Positions 57,707 to 64,000 of a stretch of 64,000 nucleotides of DNA are shown piece by piece; within the stretch, counting starts at the first letter, position 1; each line of letters opens with the position of its first letter. Position numbers and translations under genes: made by a program. Source of the DNA: Phyllobates terribilis (lineage: Eukaryota). The notes below the pieces were generated by a model. That model was given only the letters and a program-made list of their open reading frames with translations. It was not told the DNA's origin and searched no databases. The stretch is taken from the NCBI RefSeq assembly GCF_046119375.1, contig NW_027362763.1, positions 569,780,001 through 569,844,000 of the forward strand, given 5' to 3'.

Positions 57707-60700
57707 ATGAGTGGAAAAAGGCCTGCTGCTGGTGGAAAGGGGAATAGGCGTGTTGGGAAGGGGAAAAAAGGTTGTGTCCGTGGGGTAGGTGCAGAAGAAA
57801 GACCATCTTCCAGCCAAACTAAAATGTCTACTTCTTTTAGCGGACAATGTGATAAGATCCCTTTCTTACGGCCACGCCAATCGCTACAAATTCCAGATGA
57901 GGCACAAAAACAGCAGGTGCTTCAACGGATATCAAGTGCTCCTTTAAGTGGGCTCTCCTCCACATCAACTTCAACATCACAAATACTCCAGTCCTCAAAG
58001 GTGTCACCCAAATCGCACTTGCTTCCTCACAGCCCCCAAATCTCCAGCTGCCCGTCTGAGTATGAGGTAGAACAGATGGTTGAGTCTGCAGAGCTGTTTA
58101 CTCATACTATAGCCTGGGAATCAGAGGTTGACTCCAGCGCTTCTGTGAATCCAGACGAGGAAATGATCTGCACTGATGCCCAGAATCTTTATGAGTCGGA
58201 TCCAGGACCAGACGCAGAAGGTTCTGACCATAATGTAGACCCTCATTCCCAAACTGTAACTCCTGTTGGTGGAGACAATGAGGAAGACGATGATAAGACT
58301 CAAATACCTGATTGGAGCGACAACTTTAGTTTTTTGTCAGGGCAGGAACAGGTTGGCTCTGAGGACGACGGGTGTGATAACGCACAGGGTGATGATGATG
58401 AGGTCGGAGATCCCACTTACTGTCAACCCACAGTCAGCCAAGAGATGAGGTCAGCAGAGGAGGTGGAGGAAGATGCTAGTGACGACGAGGTCAGGTTGCG
58501 CCTTCCTGGACAGAGACGTAGTACTGGAAGCACGTCAACAACTGCATCCTCAAACACAACTCTGCCTCTCACCACAAGTCGTGGTGGCTCTTCAGGTCGC
58601 ATGGGTGCTAAGCCTTGCATAGCCTGGGCATTTTTTCAGATCGATAAAGATGACCCAACTCGTGTTATCTGTAACATTTGTCAGCAAAAGCTAAGTAGAG
58701 GCCAAAAAATACATAGTTTGAGTACTTCATGCATGAACCGGCACATGGACATGAAGCATAAGTTGCAGTGGGAAGCTCAGTGTGCTACAATGCGGCCTAG
58801 CCGGCCGGGCCAACCACCGTCTGCCATATCTTGTGCATCCGCGGCCTCTTCATCCTCTGTGACTGGGGGGACAGCAGTCACACCTGTTTTGGGGCGCAGA
58901 CCTGTCACCTCTTTACCCGCAACAGCCAGCGTGATTGGCAGGTCATCATTTTCTTTGGAGGTGGTAACACCAGCTGGTCTTGAGCGCTGTCCGACATCGA
59001 TAGCACCACCTTTGGATCAAGGCAACCTAACATGTCCGCCTGCATCTTCCTCACAGACCGGCAGTTTGCCGGGGACACCCTTATCAACCCCGTCTAAGCA
59101 CAATAGCCAGCCCTCGGTCCCTCAGATGTGGACAAGTAAAAGACCATTTCCTCCTAGCCATGAGAAAGCTAAGAGGTTGAATTTCACCATCTGCAAGCTC
59201 TTGGCTACAGAAATGCTGCCTTTCCGCCTGGTGGACACAGAGGATTTTCGAGACCTTATGTCCGTCGCAGTGCCCCAGTACCAGATGCCCAGTCGGCACT
59301 ACTTCTCAAAGAAAGGTGTGCCTGCGCTCCACCAGCATGTCGCACACAACATCACCGCTTCTTTGAGAAACTCTGTGTGTGACAGGGTGCATTTCACCAC
59401 AGACACTTGGACGAGTAGGCATGGACAGGGGCGTTTTATGTCGCTGACTGGGCTCTGGGTAACTATGGTGACAGCAGGACAAGGGGCTGCTGTCCAAGTC
59501 TTGCCGTCCCCACGAGTTGTGCGTCAATCCTCTTTATGTCAAAGTTCCTCCACTGCTTCTGCCTCCTCAACCTCCTCTCGGTCTTCCACCTGCACCCAAA
59601 GCCTGTCTGGTCATGCCACAAGCTTTCTAACTGCGCAGAAGGGATCCTGCACACCTCCTTACTATGCTGGCAGTAGGGCTCAACGTCATCAGGCGGTTTT
59701 TACATTGAAATGTCTGGGAAATGTGAGTCACACAGCTGAGGAGTTGTGGTCAGCTCTGGAGAACCAATTTCATGAATGGTTGTCTCCACTGAACCTGAAA
59801 CCAGGGAAGGCCGTGTGCGACAATGCTGCAAACCTGGGTGCGGCCCTTCGCCGGGGCAATGTCACACACGTGCCTTGTATGGCTCACGTGTTGAACCTGG
59901 TTGTCCAGCAATTTTTAGCCCACTATCCCAGACTAGATGGCCTTCTGCAGAGGGCACGGTCGCTGTGTGCTCACTTCCGCCGTTCGCATCCCGCAGCTCA
60001 GCGACTTACATCTCTACAGAAGTCGTTGGGCCTGCCACTTCACCGGCTAAAATGCGATGTGCCTACCCGGTGGAATTCAACTCTGCACATGTTGCAGCGA
60101 CTGTGGCAGCACCGACAAGCCCTGGTGCAATACGTTCTGACGTATAGCCTGGGCCAACGAGATTCAGAGGTGGGGCAAATCACGCTGGAGGAGTGGTCTC
60201 AGATCAGGGACCTATGCACCCTTCTGCACAGTTTTGAAATGGCGACGAAGATGTTTAGTGCTGACGATGCCATTATCAGCATGACTATTCCGGTGATTTA
60301 CAAGCTGGAGCACATGTTAAACAGAATTCGGAGTCAGGTGGTGGCACAAGAGAAGGTGGAGGAAGTAGAGGAGGAGGAGTTGTATGCGGAAGGGCTAACA
60401 TCTGCAAGGTCCAGACGGTCGGCAGCACCAAGGCGGCAGGCATGTGAGGGTGGGGGAGATGATTTTACCAGGGCGCATGGTAGCAGCCAAACTAGTGAGG
60501 AAGGTGCAGGAGCCCAGGAAGAAGTGGAGGACGAATTGATGGAAGACTCATCAGATGAGGGAGACCTTGATCACATTTCTGTTGTGCGAGGTTGGGGGGA
60601 GAGGACAGAGGAAGGAAGCATGATTGTTACCTCGCCACCAACACAACAGGGACTTGGTGCTCCTGGATGCGCAACACACATGAGTGCCTTCTTGCTGCAC

Positions 60701-61387
60701 TACCTGCAACATGACCCTCGAATTGTGAGAATTAGAAATAATCCTGACTACTGGGTTGCCACACTGTTAGATCCCCGGTACAAAAGTAAATTTGCAGAAA
60801 TTATTCCTGCCATAGAAAGGGATGCACGCATGCAGGAGTATCAGCAGAGACTGTTGCAGAATCTTACATGTGCTTTTCCACAAAATACCAGTGGTGCACG
60901 TAGTGAATCTCACAGTTCCAACTTGCCAACCGTGGGACCGTCAAGTGTTCAGCACTCAAACCGTAACAGAACCACAGTATCTGCTGGTAACATCAATTTT
61001 GCGGAATCATTTCACCACTTTTTTAGCCCATCCTTTGCAAGGCCACAGGAGACAAGAAGTCTGACACATAGTCAACGCCTAGAGACGATGGTACAGGAGT
61101 ATCTCCAAGTAAACATTGAAGCCACGACTGTGTCACTGGACCCTTGCTCTTTTTGGGCTTCCAATCTGGATAAATGGCCGGAGCTAGCCACTTACGCCTT
61201 GGAGATCTTGTCATGCCCCGCAGCCAGCGTTCTGTCTGAACGTGTGTTCAGCGCTGCTGGTGGTGTGCTGACAGATAAGCGCACGCGGCTCTCCACTGAT
61301 AATGTAGACAGACTCACGTTCATAAAGATGAACAAATCATGGATCCAAAATGACTTTTCTACCCCTGTGTCATCCTGGGGAGAGTAA
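57707..61387 (+). CDS. hAT-superfamily (Ac/ZBED-like) transposase, 1226 aa, uninterrupted
   Basis: BED finger (AWAFF..CNIC..HMDMKH), FTTDTWT (D), VCDNAANL (D), CMAHVLNL, TRWNS, SERVFS (E) and C-terminal hAT dimerisation motif. Confidence 0.93.
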   Translation: MSGKRPAAGGKGNRRVGKGKKGCVRGVGAEERPSSSQTKMSTSFSGQCDKIPFLRPRQSLQIPDEAQKQQVLQRISSAPLSGLSSTSTSTSQILQSSKVSPKSHLLPHSPQISSCPSEYEVEQMVESAELFTHTIAWESEVDSSASVNPDEEMICTDAQNLYESDPGPDAEGSDHNVDPHSQTVTPVGGDNEEDDDKTQIPDWSDNFSFLSGQEQVGSEDDGCDNAQGDDDEVGDPTYCQPTVSQEMRSAEEVEEDASDDEVRLRLPGQRRSTGSTSTTASSNTTLPLTTSRGGSSGRMGAKPCIAWAFFQIDKDDPTRVICNICQQKLSRGQKIHSLSTSCMNRHMDMKHKLQWEAQCATMRPSRPGQPPSAISCASAASSSSVTGGTAVTPVLGRRPVTSLPATASVIGRSSFSLEVVTPAGLERCPTSIAPPLDQGNLTCPPASSSQTGSLPGTPLSTPSKHNSQPSVPQMWTSKRPFPPSHEKAKRLNFTICKLLATEMLPFRLVDTEDFRDLMSVAVPQYQMPSRHYFSKKGVPALHQHVAHNITASLRNSVCDRVHFTTDTWTSRHGQGRFMSLTGLWVTMVTAGQGAAVQVLPSPRVVRQSSLCQSSSTASASSTSSRSSTCTQSLSGHATSFLTAQKGSCTPPYYAGSRAQRHQAVFTLKCLGNVSHTAEELWSALENQFHEWLSPLNLKPGKAVCDNAANLGAALRRGNVTHVPCMAHVLNLVVQQFLAHYPRLDGLLQRARSLCAHFRRSHPAAQRLTSLQKSLGLPLHRLKCDVPTRWNSTLHMLQRLWQHRQALVQYVLTYSLGQRDSEVGQITLEEWSQIRDLCTLLHSFEMATKMFSADDAIISMTIPVIYKLEHMLNRIRSQVVAQEKVEEVEEEELYAEGLTSARSRRSAAPRRQACEGGGDDFTRAHGSSQTSEEGAGAQEEVEDELMEDSSDEGDLDHISVVRGWGERTEEGSMIVTSPPTQQGLGAPGCATHMSAFLLHYLQHDPRIVRIRNNPDYWVATLLDPRYKSKFAEIIPAIERDARMQEYQQRLLQNLTCAFPQNTSGARSESHSSNLPTVGPSSVQHSNRNRTTVSAGNINFAESFHHFFSPSFARPQETRSLTHSQRLETMVQEYLQVNIEATTVSLDPCSFWASNLDKWPELATYALEILSCPAASVLSERVFSAAGGVLTDKRTRLSTDNVDRLTFIKMNKSWIQNDFSTPVSSWGE

Positions 61388-61599
61388 AAGCTTGATGATT
61401 GGTTAAAATCACCCTACCAACCGTTTTAAGCTTTCAAATTACTAATCATGTTTATCTGTATCTTGACTGGAAAATAATTTGGGCTTTGTAGCAGTGTGCA
61501 GCACTGATCCTATTAGGCCATCTATAATAAGCTTCACCAGATTTAAAATTAAAAATAATTTTTAGCTGCATCTAGCCCGGAAAATAATTTTGGGGCTCC

Positions 61600-63156
61600 G
61601 AGATGTGCAAGACACATAAGTGCCTTCTTGCTGCACTACCTGCAGCATGACCCTCATATTGTCAGAATTCAAAGTAATCATGACTACTGGGTTGCCACAC
61701 TCTTAGATCCCCCAAACTTTTCGATCAACCTTTTCATTTTAATAAAGACCAAAAAAATGGTCATTTTTGAAATTATAAGCATTAGCAGGTTGTTAGAAAC
61801 TGAAATCAAACAGTTTTCAACTCAAAACTTTATTCTAGGTGATGTTACATTTTCACATAGGACCCCTTGTTCGAAAGGAGCTTCTGAACTCTCTCGTCCA
61901 TTGAATTTGTCAGGTTTTGGATGGTTTCTGCTTCAATTGTTTTGCATGAGGACAGAATACCCTCCCAGAGCTGTTGCTTAGATGTGAACTGCCTCCCGCC
62001 ATCATAGACACTCCTTTTAATGATGCTCCAAAGGTTCTGAATGGGGTAGAGGTCAGGGGAGCATGGGGGTCACACCATAAGTTTGTCCCCTTTTATGCCC
62101 ATATCAGCCAGAGATGCAGATGTTTTATGTGCAGCATGAGATGGTGCATTATCATGCAGAAAAATGATCTTGCTGTGAAATACACGGTTCTTCTTCTTGA
62201 ACCATGGCAGGAAGTGCTGTTTGAGAAAATCCACATACATTATGGAGTTCATCTTTAGCGCCTTCAGGGATCCTAAAGGGGCCGACAATCTCTCTCCCCA
62301 TGATTCCAGCCCAAAACATTACTCCACCTCCTCCTTGTTGGCGCTGTAGCCGTGTTTGCGTGGGGTGTCCATCAACCAGCCATCCTCCACTCCATTCATC
62401 TGGACCATCGAGCGCTGCACGGCACTCATCCGTGAACAAAACAGTTTTGAAATCAGTCTTCATGTAATGTTTGGCCCACTGGAGCCGTTTCTGCTTGTGT
62501 GAAGTGGATAGAGGAGGTCGACAGGATGGCGTATGCACAGCTGCAAACCTCTGAAGGACCCTGCATCTTGTTGTTCGAGGGACGTTGGAGGCACAAGCAG
62601 CTTCAAAAACTTGTCTGCTGCTATGACAAGGCTTTTTTGCCGCTGCTCTTTCAACCTGACGTAATTGCCTGTAGGAAAGAGTCCTCAATTTGCCCTTATC
62701 AGCACGCACACGTGTGTACTGTGAATCAGCTACATACTTCTTGATTGCCAAGACACTTCATCCTGATCATCGCACAATGTTGATTGTAGTCATGCCTTGA
62801 CCTAAACACTCCACAATTTGTTGCTTCTCAGCAGCCGACACATCCTTTTTCTTTCCCATTTTGGCAGAAAATGTAGGCTGCTTAATAATGTGAGAGAGCC
62901 TTCTTAAGTAGTCTTGCCTTTCATTGGACACACCAGCCAAACTAATTAGCACAGGTGTCTGCAATTGTTTACAGTGATATAAAGAGCCCTGACACACATC
63001 ACCATCAATGAGTTTAACTGACAAACAAACAAATTCTTCCCTTATCACTCCTAAACACTTTTTGCATAATAATTTGGAACGCGGTGTACATGTGCTTTTC
63101 CACAAAACACCAGTGGTTCACGTAGTGAATCTTACAGTTCTAACTTGCCAACCGTG
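61600..63156 (+). mobile_element. Diverged second hAT fragment (61600-61710 and 63087-63156) split by a DD37E copy
   Basis: Matches 60660-60775 and 60865-60933 with scattered substitutions. Confidence 0.75.
61711..63086 (-). mobile_element. Second DD37E (TRT-like) copy, degenerate, right TIR deleted
   Basis: rc TIR CACCGCGTTCCAAATTATTATGCAA next to TA. Transposase 62859 to 61845, with a frameshift and a micro-inversion. Confidence 0.9.
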
Positions 63157-63608
63157 GTCTGTATGGAATTGTTCAATAAAGGGCCCAAAATTAAGATAAC
63201 ATAGATGGGAGAGGTCTCTATGAATAGGAATTCCTAAGTATTTGATACCCTGTGAGGGCCAGGCAAAGGGAAAGTTGGACTGGATGGAATCCTATATGGA
63301 TTTAGGGAGGGAGACATCGAGGGCCTCAGACTTTGCTGCATTGATTTTAAAATTTTACCATGTAACAAAGTGATCTATTTCAGCCATAACAGCAGGGATG
63401 GATATATGTGATTGAGTAATATATACTAGGACATCATCAGCAAATAGAGAGCACTTGTACTCGGTGCCTCCCACCTCAATCCACCTAATATTGGGGTTAT
63501 GGCGAATTGATGAGAGCAGGTGCTCCGTCACTAGGATGTATAAGAGAGGGGACAGAGGACATCCCTGCCTTGTCCCATTGGTGATTGTGAAAGGTGATGA
63601 AAATGTTC
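63157..63608 (-). mobile_element. L1-clade LINE reverse-transcriptase fragment
   Basis: NGTRQGCPLSPLLY, SLFADD; downstream NFKINAAKSEAL and IKYLGI motifs. Confidence 0.88.
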
Positions 63609-64000
63609 TGACGCACCCCCTGGGCCTTGGGACACCCGGAGCCGGACCCTTTTTGGTGGATGCTGGTGGTTGTAGTCTTCGTGGCGGTGATCCGGTTCCG
63701 TGGCTCAGGGCGGTCAAACCAGTGGCGGAACTATTTATGTGGTTTTGATGTTTAAATGTCCGACTACGCCACCCGTGGATTGCGGTCAGAGTGAACCGCC
63801 GCTACAGGGCAGACCGCTAAGGCTGGTGTTGTGGGTGCAGCAGAGCGTAGCATAACTCCCCACGGGAGGAGTATAGCCTCAGGGCAGTGTATGCGGAGGA
63901 TGGGGGTGATGGTGCAGGGCAGCAGCAGTAACGACACGGAGTCAGTGATGCAGTTCAGGGCCTTTACTCACAGTTCTTATTATCCAGACCACGTCTGCAG
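63609..64000 (-). mobile_element. 3' part of a Gypsy-type LTR (family B), running off the window
   Basis: Minus-strand end GGGGGTGCGTCA. Homologous to the U5 of the 47228 LTRs and to 15016-15380. Confidence 0.85.

Larger units (their letters stand above)
55948..61600 (+). mobile_element. Autonomous-type hAT transposon; left TIR present, right TIR not found
   Basis: Starts TAGAGATGAGCG after CTTATAAT. TTCG/CGAA-rich subterminal region. The equivalent site is empty in the second DD37E copy (~61780). Confidence 0.8.

Noticed and set aside
57707-61387. Calling the ORF a host ZBED1/ZBED4 gene
   Set aside because: It has a TIR-like end, is inserted in a young Tc1-family element, and has related decayed copies in the same window.

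Overview
Repeat-saturated vertebrate genomic DNA. The TE families suggest an anuran frog; this is an inference. No host protein-coding gene could be confidently identified. Most of the window is nested transposable elements. LTR retrotransposons: a full-length Ty1/Copia (10023-16073, minus), a full-length Ty3/Gypsy (47228-55251, plus), seven complete Gypsy-type solo LTRs with 4-bp TSDs, and one more LTR cut by the window end. DNA transposons: six recognisable Tc1-superfamily copies plus a fragment, covering three catalytic spacings (DD34E, DD37E, DD38E); a hAT with an intact 1226-aa transposase ORF; a degraded hAT; and many non-autonomous hAT-, piggyBac-, Kolobok- and Harbinger-type elements. 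Also present are an L1-type RT fragment, Penelope-like remnants and minisatellites. The only TE-poor stretch (~39.4-45.8 kb) has exon-like and promoter-like signals that I could not assign to a gene. Most interesting observations: (1) a tRNA-Ser-complementary PBS-like motif inside the U5 of all eight TGTGGC/TGTGTC-type Gypsy LTRs, at a fixed position, whose isoacceptor differs between LTR families; (2) a UUUAAAC -1 frameshift site with a predicted H-type pseudoknot joining Gypsy gag and pol; (3) an E2F/YY1-like motif array in the Gypsy leader; (4) Copia and DD37E ORFs whose frames are restored by removing one nested insertion; (5) the oversized intact hAT transposase; (6) a palindromic Penelope-type hammerhead remnant. 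Coordinates were counted by eye and may be off by a few bases for degenerate elements.
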